A stretch of 64,000 nucleotides of DNA from Desulfuromonadaceae bacterium (GTDB lineage: Bacteria; Desulfobacterota; Desulfuromonadia; Geobacterales; Pseudopelobacteraceae), in contig DALYIM010000001.1 of NCBI GenBank assembly GCA_031970375.1, forward strand, positions 29,003 to 93,002, in the 5' to 3' direction. The position numbers and the translations under genes were made by a program. The notes under the pieces are model-generated. The model had not been told where the DNA came from and did not search any database. It saw nothing but the letters and a program-made list of their open reading frames with translations. Positions 19,391 to 28,692 of this stretch are shown here, piece by piece. How positions within the stretch are numbered: the stretch's first letter is position 1; every line of letters begins with the position of its first letter.

Positions 19391-20461
19391 ATGGACGCCA
19401 ACGTTCTTCACCAGATTCTCGAAATTGCATTTCAAAAAAGAGTTTCCGATCTTCACTTTGAAGTTGACAACCCGCCTATTTTTCGCGGCAAAGGAGTTTT
19501 AATCAGGGCCAAGATGGCCAATCTTACCCCGCCAGATACCGAGTTTATTGCCGCCACGGTGCTGGAGCAGAGCGGCCGGAAACTGACCCGGGACATACGG
19601 GAGCATGACACCTCCTATTCGCTGCCCAACGGTGGTCGCTTCAGGGTCAGCATCTTTCGCCAGAAAGGGCATTTCGGGATAGTCATGCGTGTCATCCCCC
19701 CGCATATCGGCACATTTCATGAGCTGAATCTTCCACCAGTACTGGGTGAAATCGCCCAGGCTCCCAACGGCCTGGTACTGGTAACCGGCCCGACCGGCAA
19801 CGGCAAATCAACCACGCTGGCCTCGATGCTTAGATTCCTCAATGAACAGTTCAGCTACAACATCATAACAATCGAAGATCCAATAGAATTTTTATTCACT
19901 TCACAGAAAAGCTGTATCATTCAGCGTGAGGTCGGAATCGATACGGATAGCTTCAATTCAGCCCTGAAGGCATGCCTGCGCATGGATCCGGACGTGATCA
20001 TGGTTGGAGAGATGCGCGACAGCGAAACCATCGATGCCTGCATCAAGGCGGCTGAAACCGGTCACCTGGTCTTCTCCACCCTCCACACCCAAGGTGCGGT
20101 ATCGACCATCAACCGTGTTGTGGGGCACTTCCCGCCCGAAGCCCAGGAGATTATCCGCCAGCGCCTGGCAGACATCCTCGTCGCCACGGTTTCCTTGCGC
20201 CTGGTCAAGGACCGGGCTGGTGAGAATGTGCTTCCGGTAGTTGAAATCATGCGTGCTACCACCACTATCCAGGCCTGTATCCGCGAAGGACGCCTCGACG
20301 AAATCGAAAAACATATTGAAAACGGCGCCAGCCAATACCAGATGCAGACCCTTGACATGCACCTTCTGCAGCTCTACCGCCAGGACCTGATCAACATCGA
20401 AGATGCCAAGCGCCTGACCCATTCCATGGATTTTGAACGCAAGCTTATGTTCGACAACTGA
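19391..20461 (+). CDS. pilT: Type IV pilus retraction ATPase PilT family
   Basis: 356 aa. Walker A GPTGNGKSTT, Asp box/Walker B DPDVIMVGEMRD, His box GHLVFSTLHT, and the PilT-type motif TIQACIREGR. Confidence 0.88.
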   Translation: MDANVLHQILEIAFQKRVSDLHFEVDNPPIFRGKGVLIRAKMANLTPPDTEFIAATVLEQSGRKLTRDIREHDTSYSLPNGGRFRVSIFRQKGHFGIVMRVIPPHIGTFHELNLPPVLGEIAQAPNGLVLVTGPTGNGKSTTLASMLRFLNEQFSYNIITIEDPIEFLFTSQKSCIIQREVGIDTDSFNSALKACLRMDPDVIMVGEMRDSETIDACIKAAETGHLVFSTLHTQGAVSTINRVVGHFPPEAQEIIRQRLADILVATVSLRLVKDRAGENVLPVVEIMRATTTIQACIREGRLDEIEKHIENGASQYQMQTLDMHLLQLYRQDLINIEDAKRLTHSMDFERKLMFDN

Positions 20462-20507
20462 CCCGCTGCTTCTGATAACGGGACAGATCAGTGGCTATAT
20501 TGGGGAG

Positions 20508-21770
20508 TTATTTGAATTCGTCGAGCTCCTCCTTCATGCCAACCATTTCCCTTATATCTTTCCACTCAGCATAATCGACTGCGGCTTCTTCGCCTTTCAT
20601 GACGTTGATAATCGTAAAATAGTCCTGCTGGTATTTGCTCTTTACCACGTCTGCGGCGGATTTACACTTCACCGCGTAGACAGTCTGGATCGACTGATGA
20701 TCCCATGAGCGCCACTGCTGCTCATCCTTGAGTCCGGTATAGCGGTATCCTTCCAGTGCCTTGATGACCGCCTTGGTTTCGAAGGTTTTGGCACGTTCGA
20801 CAGCCGCCTTGTACTCATGCATGATCACATAGGCTGAAGCCCCGGAGGTCGTCGGATAACGGCCAAATGCTGATTCGAATCTGGCCACAAATGCTTTCCC
20901 TCGGGGATAGTTATAGATAAACGGCACATTCCAGATCCACGGCAGCGTGCCGATGATTCCTTCCATGGCCTGCGGCCCCGCACCCTGGGCCATATCATCA
21001 TTCAGGCTCGGCACGATTATCTGCATCCGGTTTTTCAGCCCCATGTCATATGCCTGCTTAACCGCAATCTCCATGTCGCGCCCGAACAACGACAATACCA
21101 GAACTGTGGCCCCACTCTGCTTGGCCTCCTTGAGCGCCGCCGTAAAATCCTTGGTACCAAGCTCTGTCAGTATTTCCGGATGGGCCGCAAGATCTTTGGT
21201 ATGCGTGAAGTTTCTCAGCGTCGATTCTGTCGTCCACCCCCAGGTATAATTGGCGGTTATGTAAAAGTACTTCTGGCCGCTGAAATTCTTCTTGAGATAT
21301 TCGGACAGGACCTTGCCGGCTGAATAGGCATCGTAGCATTCCCGGAAAATATGGCGGTGCCCGTACTCTCCGGTTGTTTCTGTCGAATAGGTCAGTGTGC
21401 CGAAAAAAAGGCCGTTCTTTTGAAGTGCCACCTCACCGGTTGCGATCGCCACCGCACTCGATGATCCCCCGAAAATCATTGGCACCTTTTCTTTGTCAAA
21501 CAGGTCGATGGCATTGGCCTTGGCAACTTTGGCGTTGGACTTGGTATCCCGATAGACGAGTTGGATTCTTTTGCCAAGAATGCCGCCCGCCGCATTGATC
21601 TCTTCCACGGCAAGGTCGGCTGCACGGCGCTGATCGAGACCCTGCTTGGCATATGGTCCGGTTTCAGGATAATTAAGTCCGATCCTGATGATTTCCTGCG
21701 CATAAACCCTGCCGGAGCCCGAAATAATCAGCAGCATCACCACCAGCAATTTAAGAAAATTAAACTTCAT
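20508..21770 (-). CDS. ABC-type substrate-binding protein, Leu/Ile/Val-binding (PBP type 1) family
   Basis: 420 aa with a signal peptide. Contains IRIGLNYPETGPYA..G......A...A.EEINAAGGILGK.I.LV..D. Confidence 0.85.
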   Translation of the reverse strand: MKFNFLKLLVVMLLIISGSGRVYAQEIIRIGLNYPETGPYAKQGLDQRRAADLAVEEINAAGGILGKRIQLVYRDTKSNAKVAKANAIDLFDKEKVPMIFGGSSSAVAIATGEVALQKNGLFFGTLTYSTETTGEYGHRHIFRECYDAYSAGKVLSEYLKKNFSGQKYFYITANYTWGWTTESTLRNFTHTKDLAAHPEILTELGTKDFTAALKEAKQSGATVLVLSLFGRDMEIAVKQAYDMGLKNRMQIIVPSLNDDMAQGAGPQAMEGIIGTLPWIWNVPFIYNYPRGKAFVARFESAFGRYPTTSGASAYVIMHEYKAAVERAKTFETKAVIKALEGYRYTGLKDEQQWRSWDHQSIQTVYAVKCKSAADVVKSKYQQDYFTIINVMKGEEAAVDYAEWKDIREMVGMKEELDEFK

Positions 21771-21856
21771 TTTACATTCTCCGCGCTGTTTTTATATTGA
21801 TTCATAAAATAAAAATTATTTGTTTTAAAACATTTTTTTATAGATTTTGCAAGGAC

Positions 21857-21889
21857 GAAAAATTGCCCGCCGGCAAGGCCGACGGGCAA
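21857..21889 (-). terminator. Intrinsic terminator of acnB
   Basis: The minus strand reads TTGCCCGTCGGC-ctt-GCCGGCGGGCAA (12-bp stem with one G.U pair) followed by T5, about 30 nt after the acnB stop. Confidence 0.8.
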
Positions 21890-21919
21890 TCTATAGAGAT
21901 TCGGTATGGTGCAACCGAT

Positions 21920-24463
21920 CTACTTGTAATCAGGCATTTCGTCGAACTGCAGATATTTGTAGATTTTGTCCTTGTTCGGCTCGATCTTCTCCTTGTATAT
22001 CTTCAGATATTCAGCCGGAGTCGGCAGCTTGCCCAGCACGGCTGCTACGGCACCCAGTTCGGCGGAACCGAGGAATACTTTGGCTCCATCACCGATACGG
22101 TCATCGAAGTTGCGAGTCGAGGTGGAGAACATATTGACTCCATCGGGCACGCGGGCCTGGTTGCCCATGCAGAGCGAGCAGCCGGCGATCTCGATCCGGG
22201 CACCGAAGGCGCTGTAGACCGAGAAGTACGCCTCATCTTTCAGCTGCTGCTGATCCATACGGGTCGGCGGGCAGATCCAGGTGCGGACTTCCGGGTTGAA
22301 CTTGCTGCCGCGCCAGATCTCGGCGGCGGCACGGAAGTGGCCGATGTTGGTCATGCAGGAACCGAGGAACACGTCCTGGATGGAGGAGCCTTTGATGGTT
22401 TTGTCTGACAGCAGGCGGACATCATCCGGATCATTCGGGCAGGCCAGGATCGGCTCGGTGATCTCTTTCAGGTCGATTTCGATCACAGCGGCGTACTCGG
22501 CGCCCTTGTCAGCCTTGAGGAGCGCCGGCTTCTTCAGCCAGGCCTCAACAGCCTTGATGCGGTTCTTGAGGGTGTTGGCATCCTGGTACCCTTCGGCAAT
22601 CATCTTCTTCATCAGGGCCACGTTGGATTTCAGATAGGTTGCCACCGACTTCTCGGAAAGCTGGATGCAGCCGGCAGCGGCGGAACGCTCGGCAGCGGCG
22701 TCAGTCAACTCGAAGGCCTGCTCGACAGTCAGGTCGGGGAGTCCTTCCATTTCCAGAATGCGGCCGTTGAAGATGTTCTTCTTATTCTTTTTGGGCACAG
22801 TCAGAAGTCCCTGCTTGATAGCCCAGAGCGGAATGGCGTTGACGGCGTCACGCAGGGTGATGCCTGGGTTAAATTTACCCTTGAAGCGAACCAGAACCGA
22901 CTCGGGCATATCCAGCGGCATAAAGCCCATGGCGCCGGCAAAAGCCACCAGACCGGAACCGGCCGGGAAGGAGATGCCGATCGGGAAACGGGTGTGGGAG
23001 TCACCGCCGGTGCCGACAGTGTCAGGCAGCAGCAGACGGTTCAGCCAGGAGTGAATAACGCCGTCACCGGGACGCAGGGCCACGCCGCCCCGCTCGGCGA
23101 TGAAGCCGGGCAGGTTCTTGTGCATCTTGACGTCGGCCGGCTTGGGATAGGCCGCCGTGTGGCAGAAGGACTGCATGAACATGGGGGCCTGAAACTTGAG
23201 GCAGGCCAGCTCCTTGAGCTCATCGGCCGTCATCGGACCGGTGGTATCCTGGGAGCCGACGGTAGTCATCTTCGGCTCGCAGGCGGTGCCGGGCAGGATG
23301 CCGGCTACACCGCAGGCCTGCCCAACCATCTTCTGGGCCAGCGAGTAGGCCTGCTTGGCCTTCGGCTTCGGATTGACCGGCAGGGTGAAGACGGTGGAGG
23401 GTTTGAGGCCGAGGGCCTTTCTGGCCTTGTCGGTCACGGCGCGGCCGATGATCAGCGGAATGCGGCCGCCGGCACGGAATTCGTCAGCCACAGTGTTCGG
23501 GGAGATGGTGAACTTCGAAAGTTCTTTCCCCTTCTCGGTGGTGATGACACCTTTCTTGGTGTCGATGATGATGACGTCGCCGGTCTTCATGCCGGTCACG
23601 TCAGCCTTGAGCGGCAGGGCGCCGGAATCCTGGGCGGTGTTGAAGAAGATCGGGGCGATGACACCGCCGATGATCACGCCGGCGGTCTTCTTGTTGGGCA
23701 CGCAGGGGATCTCCTCGCCGATATGCCAGAGAACCGAGTTGCATGCCGATTTACGGGAGGATCCGGTTCCGACGACGTCACCCACAAATGCAACCTGGTA
23801 GCCTTCCTTGCGGAATGTGGCGATTGTGTCAAGGCCACCCTTGAAGCGGGTTTTGCCCATGGCCAGGGCGTGCAGCGGGATGTCCGGGCGGCTCCAGGCG
23901 TCGCCGGCCGGGGAGAAATCGTCGGTGTTGATCTCGCCGTCCACCTTGAAAACCTTGACCTTGATGGTCTCGGGCACCCCTTTGCGATGGGTGAACCATT
24001 CAGCCTCGGCCCAGGACTTGAGGACCTTGGCGGCGGCAGCGTTCTTGCCGGTGGTGGCCAGCTTGGCAACCTCATCAAAGGCATCATACACCAGGGTGAT
24101 GCCGGACAGGGCGCAGGCAGCTTCATCAGCCAGCTTCTTGTCCTTCAGCGCACCTACCAGCGGAGCCACGTTGTAGCCGCCGATCATGGTGCCGAGCAGA
24201 CGGATGGCTGCCACGGCGTCGATCAGCGGGGACTTCTTCTTTCCGCTGACGATCTCGGCCAGGAACTCGGCCTTTACCTTTGCTGCCGGGTCAACACCCG
24301 GAGAAACGCGGTTGGTAATCAGATCGAGCAGAAATTTTTCTTTGCCCTTGGGCGGTTTGACCAGCAGTTTGCACAGGTCGGCGGTCTGCTCGGGTGTCAG
24401 CGGCAGCGCGGGAATGCCCTGCTTGGCGCGTTCCTTTTCATGGGCGAGATAGGCTTCGATCAT
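21920..24463 (-). CDS. acnB: Aconitate hydratase B (bifunctional aconitase 2 / 2-methylisocitrate dehydratase)
   Basis: Track ORF trimmed to ATG 24463 (AAGGAGGA RBS). [52 protein letters not shown] is collinear with the AcnB N-terminus as I recall it. 847 aa, with the aconitase Fe-S Cys region ([15 protein letters not shown]). Confidence 0.93.
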   Translation of the reverse strand: MIEAYLAHEKERAKQGIPALPLTPEQTADLCKLLVKPPKGKEKFLLDLITNRVSPGVDPAAKVKAEFLAEIVSGKKKSPLIDAVAAIRLLGTMIGGYNVAPLVGALKDKKLADEAACALSGITLVYDAFDEVAKLATTGKNAAAAKVLKSWAEAEWFTHRKGVPETIKVKVFKVDGEINTDDFSPAGDAWSRPDIPLHALAMGKTRFKGGLDTIATFRKEGYQVAFVGDVVGTGSSRKSACNSVLWHIGEEIPCVPNKKTAGVIIGGVIAPIFFNTAQDSGALPLKADVTGMKTGDVIIIDTKKGVITTEKGKELSKFTISPNTVADEFRAGGRIPLIIGRAVTDKARKALGLKPSTVFTLPVNPKPKAKQAYSLAQKMVGQACGVAGILPGTACEPKMTTVGSQDTTGPMTADELKELACLKFQAPMFMQSFCHTAAYPKPADVKMHKNLPGFIAERGGVALRPGDGVIHSWLNRLLLPDTVGTGGDSHTRFPIGISFPAGSGLVAFAGAMGFMPLDMPESVLVRFKGKFNPGITLRDAVNAIPLWAIKQGLLTVPKKNKKNIFNGRILEMEGLPDLTVEQAFELTDAAAERSAAAGCIQLSEKSVATYLKSNVALMKKMIAEGYQDANTLKNRIKAVEAWLKKPALLKADKGAEYAAVIEIDLKEITEPILACPNDPDDVRLLSDKTIKGSSIQDVFLGSCMTNIGHFRAAAEIWRGSKFNPEVRTWICPPTRMDQQQLKDEAYFSVYSAFGARIEIAGCSLCMGNQARVPDGVNMFSTSTRNFDDRIGDGAKVFLGSAELGAVAAVLGKLPTPAEYLKIYKEKIEPNKDKIYKYLQFDEMPDYK

Positions 24464-24518
24464 TCGTACGTCCTCCTTGGTGGGGTATGGGTGTGTCCCT
24501 GTGGGCTGGATAGATAAA

Positions 24519-24556
24519 AGTGAATACTGTATACACTTCAGGAGGGCAAATGTCAA
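24519..24556 (-). promoter_or_regulatory. Putative acnB sigma70 promoter with a palindromic operator over the -10
   Basis: The minus strand reads TTGACA (24556-51), a 17 nt spacer, then TATACA (24533-28). The 19-bp palindrome AGTGnATAC-T-GTATnCACT (24519-24537) matches 8 of 9 arm positions. Confidence 0.4.
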
Positions 24557-24662
24557 CGAAATCGGAAGGAAATCAAGAGTGATTCCATGAATGGCAGACA
24601 ATCAAACAATAAACATTTCTGCAGAGACTGAAACAGGGATAGTATTGGATAAATGCGAATCA

Positions 24663-25466
24663 TCACCGTACCGTGACAGCCGCATACCCCACTACCTGAC
24701 GGTCATCGCCAGTGACATCGCCGCTGGTGGCATAGGCCAGCACTTCAGCCCTGACAGCACCCAGTGCCCGGGCCGCGACCAGCATGACCGCAGTCGGCAC
24801 CACGCCGCACATGGTGATCCGTTCACGGCGGCAGACATCGAGCAGGCCCTCGGGATCGAAGGCGGTCACCCGGTCGAGCGCCAGGAAATCCTTGCGCTTT
24901 GCCGACTCTGCTGACTCGTAATGGGTCATGTCGGAGCTTGCCACTATCAGCACATCACCACTGTAGGCCCGGATGGCGGCTGCCACCCCCTCCCCTATCC
25001 TCCTGACAGGGTCGAAACCGCCATGGGCAAGGCAGATCGCGGAAATTGACAGTTGCGGGTTCAAGTATTGGAGGAACGGAATCTGCACCTCGAGGGAATG
25101 TTCAGACTGGTGAGCTACGGTGTCATCCTGAATAAACGGGACATGCTCCCGCAGGAGCGAGTTCAGCCGAGCACTGATCGGCACGGTTCCGAGCGGAGTC
25201 TGCCAGCTCCCGTCAGGATACAGGGCCGCTCCGGCGCCGATCCCGCGATGGTTGGGGCCGAGCACCAGCACCGTGTCGGGAATAACGACTGAAGAGAACA
25301 GATGACCGGCGACTGCTCCCGAATAGACATAACCGGCATGCGGGGAGATGACACCGACAACTTTAGGATTGTCGACAGCCTCAGACACCAGTGCGGCCAG
25401 ATCAGAATTCAGTTCATGGGCCGTTCCGGAGTAGAACTGCCCGGCAACAGCAGCCTGTCTTTGCAT
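24663..25466 (-). CDS. Memo-like protein (AmmeMemoRadiSam system protein B family)
   Basis: 267 aa. Contains AGQFYSG......L and ISPHAGYVYSG, with the His/Asp/Cys metal-site pattern of the MEMO1 family. Confidence 0.8.
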   Translation of the reverse strand: MQRQAAVAGQFYSGTAHELNSDLAALVSEAVDNPKVVGVISPHAGYVYSGAVAGHLFSSVVIPDTVLVLGPNHRGIGAGAALYPDGSWQTPLGTVPISARLNSLLREHVPFIQDDTVAHQSEHSLEVQIPFLQYLNPQLSISAICLAHGGFDPVRRIGEGVAAAIRAYSGDVLIVASSDMTHYESAESAKRKDFLALDRVTAFDPEGLLDVCRRERITMCGVVPTAVMLVAARALGAVRAEVLAYATSGDVTGDDRQVVGYAAVTVR

Positions 25467-25493
25467 ACCTCACCTACCTGTGGTCAGCTTCAG

Positions 25494-26120
25494 CTATCCG
25501 AAGGGCAGTGACTCCTCGACCTCTTCAGGGACACCATCCCCAAGAGGAAGCTCCTCCTGCCTCTCAAACTGGGGAGCCTCATCCAAGGCCTGAATCTCTT
25601 TCAGCGTCGGCAGACTTTTTAAATCCTTCAGCCCAAACACCTCTAGAAACTCCTTTGACGTTCCATAAATCAGAGGTCTTCCAGGAATATCCTTTTTACC
25701 CAGTATCTTGACAAGCTTTTTATCAAGCAGTGATTTAAGCACTGCCCCGCTGTCAACACTGCGCAGGTGCTCCACTTCGGCACGGGTTATCGGTTGGCGG
25801 TAGGCGATGATCGCCAGGGTTTCCAGAGCAGATTGCGAAAATTTTGCCGCCTTAACCTTGACCAGCCTCCCGACATACTGCTGATACGGCGGCCTGGTAC
25901 GAAACTGCCACCCACCGGCAACTTCCACCAGATGCACCCCCCCGTCCCGCTCGGCAAAAACGGCCGACAGATCCGTAACAGCGCACTTTATCTCACCCCG
26001 ATCGAATTCGGGCAGCAGTTCGCAGAGGCGGTCAAGAGACACCGACGATTCGGCCGCAAAGACAATGCTTTCTATAATGGCGTGCAGTTCATTCATCGGA
26101 TAACGTACCGCTGGACTCAT
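25494..26120 (-). CDS. scpB: Segregation and condensation protein B
   Basis: 208 aa. ScpB pattern IIESIVFAAESSVSL..L, LS.A.LETLAIIAYRQPITRAEVE.LR and LGKKDIPGRP..YGT; follows scpA. Confidence 0.9.
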   Translation of the reverse strand: MSPAVRYPMNELHAIIESIVFAAESSVSLDRLCELLPEFDRGEIKCAVTDLSAVFAERDGGVHLVEVAGGWQFRTRPPYQQYVGRLVKVKAAKFSQSALETLAIIAYRQPITRAEVEHLRSVDSGAVLKSLLDKKLVKILGKKDIPGRPLIYGTSKEFLEVFGLKDLKSLPTLKEIQALDEAPQFERQEELPLGDGVPEEVEESLPFG

Positions 26121-26907
26121 GGGATGCAGAAACGGCCGGTATCAGCCAGATCGGCCCCTGATGCCCATTCTGAATAATGTTTATCAGTCGAAGACGGCAT
26201 AATTCAAGAAGAGCCAGAAACGTAACGATCACCCGCTCTCTGGTCAAATCATCATTGACCAGTTCGTCAAACGGAACCATTTCCCGCTCCTGCAGCAGAG
26301 ACAGGATCTCGTTAATGCAGTCCGCAATCGAAAGCGAATCACCCGGCGCAACTTCATGGAAGCTCTCGGCCGGAATCCGGTTCAGGAGCGCCCGGAAGAC
26401 ATCAACCAGTTCAAACAGATCGACCTCAATTGGCCCCTCCTCGCTTTTCGCCTCAAGCACGAGTGGGTCAATGGCACCGCGGACAAAGACTTCCCTCCCG
26501 AGCAGCGCCCTGGCACCGATCACCTGCCCGGCCTCCTTGTACTGCTGGTATTCCAGCAGGCGCTGGATCAGGGCTGCACGGGGATCTGAAGCATCCTCCT
26601 CCCCTTCATCCGGATCATCAACCGGGAGCAACATGCGCGACTTGATCTGGAGCAGGGTTGCAGCCATGACCAGAAAATCGCCGGCTACCTCCAGATTGAG
26701 GTCTTTCATAAGTCTTATGTATTCAAGATACTGGCGGGTTATCTCGGCGATCGGAATATCGCAGATATCAAGCTCATGCTTCCTGATCAGGTGCAGGAGC
26801 AGGTCGAGCGGACCATCGAATTTTTCCAGGTGAACGCTGTAAGACTGATACATCCCTTCAAGCAGTGAAGGGGCTTCGTCTCGATGGGTATGGTGCTGCG
26901 GCAGCAT
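26089..26907 (-). CDS. scpA: Segregation and condensation protein A
   Basis: 272 aa. Contains F.GPLDLLLHLI.K.ELDI.DIPIAEIT.QYL. Confidence 0.9.
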   Translation of the reverse strand: MLPQHHTHRDEAPSLLEGMYQSYSVHLEKFDGPLDLLLHLIRKHELDICDIPIAEITRQYLEYIRLMKDLNLEVAGDFLVMAATLLQIKSRMLLPVDDPDEGEEDASDPRAALIQRLLEYQQYKEAGQVIGARALLGREVFVRGAIDPLVLEAKSEEGPIEVDLFELVDVFRALLNRIPAESFHEVAPGDSLSIADCINEILSLLQEREMVPFDELVNDDLTRERVIVTFLALLELCRLRLINIIQNGHQGPIWLIPAVSASHESSGTLSDE

Positions 26908-26908
26908 A

Positions 26909-27889
26909 TCAGATTGTTAGCGCCTCACGGACTTCGACCATGACCGTATCAGAAATGCCGGACGCCTGGCGGCTGCCGAGGGAAAGGACATCACCAATGA
27001 ACTCCGGTTTGGCAGCCAGCTCCTGGCGCTGGGCCCGGAACGGTGCCAGCCGCTCGTTCATGCCGGCGGTCAGGATTTTCTTGCAGTCCACACAGCCGAT
27101 GGAGGCGTTGCGGCAGGCAGGCACTATCTCGTCGAGCGTCTCCTGCGGGAGGTAGATACGGTGCAGGTTGAATGCCACGCAGACATCCGGATCGCCGGCA
27201 TCGCTGCGCCGGATACGGGCCGGGTCGGTCACCATGCCCTTGATTTTTCTTTCGGTTTCTTCTGCACTGTCGGAAAGGTAGATGGAATTGCCGTAGGATT
27301 TGCTCATCTTGCGGCCATCAAGCCCGAGTAGCTTGGGAGTTTCGGTCAGGAGTGCTTCCGGTTCCGGGAAGACCGGGCCATAGAGGTGATTGAAACGGCG
27401 GGCAATTTCGCGGGTGATTTCCAGGTGCGGCAGCTGATCGTGACCAACCGGCACACGGGTGGCCTTATAGAGAATTATGTCGGCAGCCATCAGCACCGGA
27501 TAACCAAGAAAACCGAAGGTCGACAGGTCGCGTGCTTCAATATTGTCAAGCATCTCTTTGTAGGTCGGATTACGTTCAAGCCAGGAAACCGGCGTAATCA
27601 TCGAGAGGATCAGATTCAATTCGGAATGGTGCGGGACAAGGCTCTGGCGGAACACCACGGACTTCTCCGGGTCAAGTCCGAAGGCTACCCAATCAAGTAC
27701 CATCTCACTGATATTGTTGCGGATAGAGGCAGTATCGGCGTATTCAGTGGTCAGGGAATGCCAGTCCGCCACGAAAAAGAAACATTCATACTCATCCTGA
27801 AGCTTGATCCAGTTTTCCAGCACTCCATGGTAGTGCCCGACATGAAGTTTACCGGTCGGCCGCATCCCGCTGACGACGCGTTGTTTCAT
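26909..27889 (-). CDS. trpS: Tryptophan--tRNA ligase
   Basis: 326 aa. Class I HIGH-like motif (GKLHVGHYHG) and KMSKS (RKMSKS). Confidence 0.95.
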   Translation of the reverse strand: MKQRVVSGMRPTGKLHVGHYHGVLENWIKLQDEYECFFFVADWHSLTTEYADTASIRNNISEMVLDWVAFGLDPEKSVVFRQSLVPHHSELNLILSMITPVSWLERNPTYKEMLDNIEARDLSTFGFLGYPVLMAADIILYKATRVPVGHDQLPHLEITREIARRFNHLYGPVFPEPEALLTETPKLLGLDGRKMSKSYGNSIYLSDSAEETERKIKGMVTDPARIRRSDAGDPDVCVAFNLHRIYLPQETLDEIVPACRNASIGCVDCKKILTAGMNERLAPFRAQRQELAAKPEFIGDVLSLGSRQASGISDTVMVEVREALTI

Positions 27890-27906
27890 AAGTGTATCCC
27901 CTGTGA

Positions 27907-28587
27907 TTATCTCATCATCAAACGTGTTACGCCCATCACGAGGCCGCTCTGGGGCCCGGCCAGCAGCCCGACTCCCAGATGCAGAAACGGTGAAATGATC
28001 GTTGAAAAAATATTGGTAAAGAAAACCAGCACAATAATGATGATCATACCGTATGGTTCAAGCTTGGCCAGAGCGCTGGCCTGGCGCCAGGGTAACAGTC
28101 CCGAGAGGACCCTTCCCCCGTCAAGTGGCGGGATTGGAATCATATTGAAAATGGCCAGCAGCAAGTTTACATACACCGAGAAAGCAAGCATCAGAACGAC
28201 CGGTTCAATCATCATTGCCAGGGGCGAACCTGATGCAGCCGGATTGCCGAAAGCGACAATTCCCCGCAGGATCATGGCCGATATGAAGGCAAGAATGACG
28301 TTGGTGATCGGTCCGGCGGCGGCAACCCAGATCATGTCCCGTTTCGGATTGCGCAGGTTCTCATAGACCACCGGAACCGGCTTTGCCCAGCCGATTCCGA
28401 TGAAGACGATCATCAGAGAACCGATGATATCGATATGCTTGAGCGGGTTGAGTGTCAGGCGACCAAGCATACGGGCTGTAGGGTCGCCATAGCGCCAGGC
28501 GACATACCCGTGAGACACCTCATGGCAGGTAATTGCAAACAGACCGGGAACCAACATAATTGAAAGTTTCAGGAAAAAATTTTCCAT
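27907..28587 (-). CDS. Site-2 protease family (peptidase M50) membrane metalloprotease
   Basis: 226 aa and polytopic, with the HExxH motif (HEVSHGYVA) and the second motif NLLLAIFNMIPIPPLDGG. Confidence 0.85.
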   Translation of the reverse strand: MENFFLKLSIMLVPGLFAITCHEVSHGYVAWRYGDPTARMLGRLTLNPLKHIDIIGSLMIVFIGIGWAKPVPVVYENLRNPKRDMIWVAAAGPITNVILAFISAMILRGIVAFGNPAASGSPLAMMIEPVVLMLAFSVYVNLLLAIFNMIPIPPLDGGRVLSGLLPWRQASALAKLEPYGMIIIIVLVFFTNIFSTIISPFLHLGVGLLAGPQSGLVMGVTRLMMR

Positions 28588-28620
28588 ACACCATCCTTGA
28601 GCGGGAAGAAGACGTTCGTC

Positions 28621-28649
28621 TTTCTAACAGAGCAGCACTGCAAAGTCAA
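28621..28649 (-). promoter_or_regulatory. Putative sigma70 promoter for the M50-trpS-scpAB-memo gene string
   Basis: The minus strand reads TTGACT (28649-44), a 17 nt spacer, then TAGAAA (28626-21), about 35 nt upstream of ATG 28587. Confidence 0.35.
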
Positions 28650-28692
28650 TCGGAGCAAAGCAGAAAAGGCGGGAGATGCCCCCCTTTTCTTA

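Noticed and set aside
19391-20461. pilT plus comEC (59440..61851) as parts of a competence or pilus island
   Set aside because: The genes are 39 kb apart, separated by core metabolic operons. No pilin, secretin or pilBCMNOPQ genes are present.
22994-24517. 507-aa + strand ORF fully antisense to acnB
   Set aside because: It has no RBS or family resemblance, and its composition is typical of antisense translation (rich in G/L/V/D/H/R). The opposite frame encodes an unmistakable AcnB. Long shadow ORFs are expected in GC-rich, codon-biased genes.
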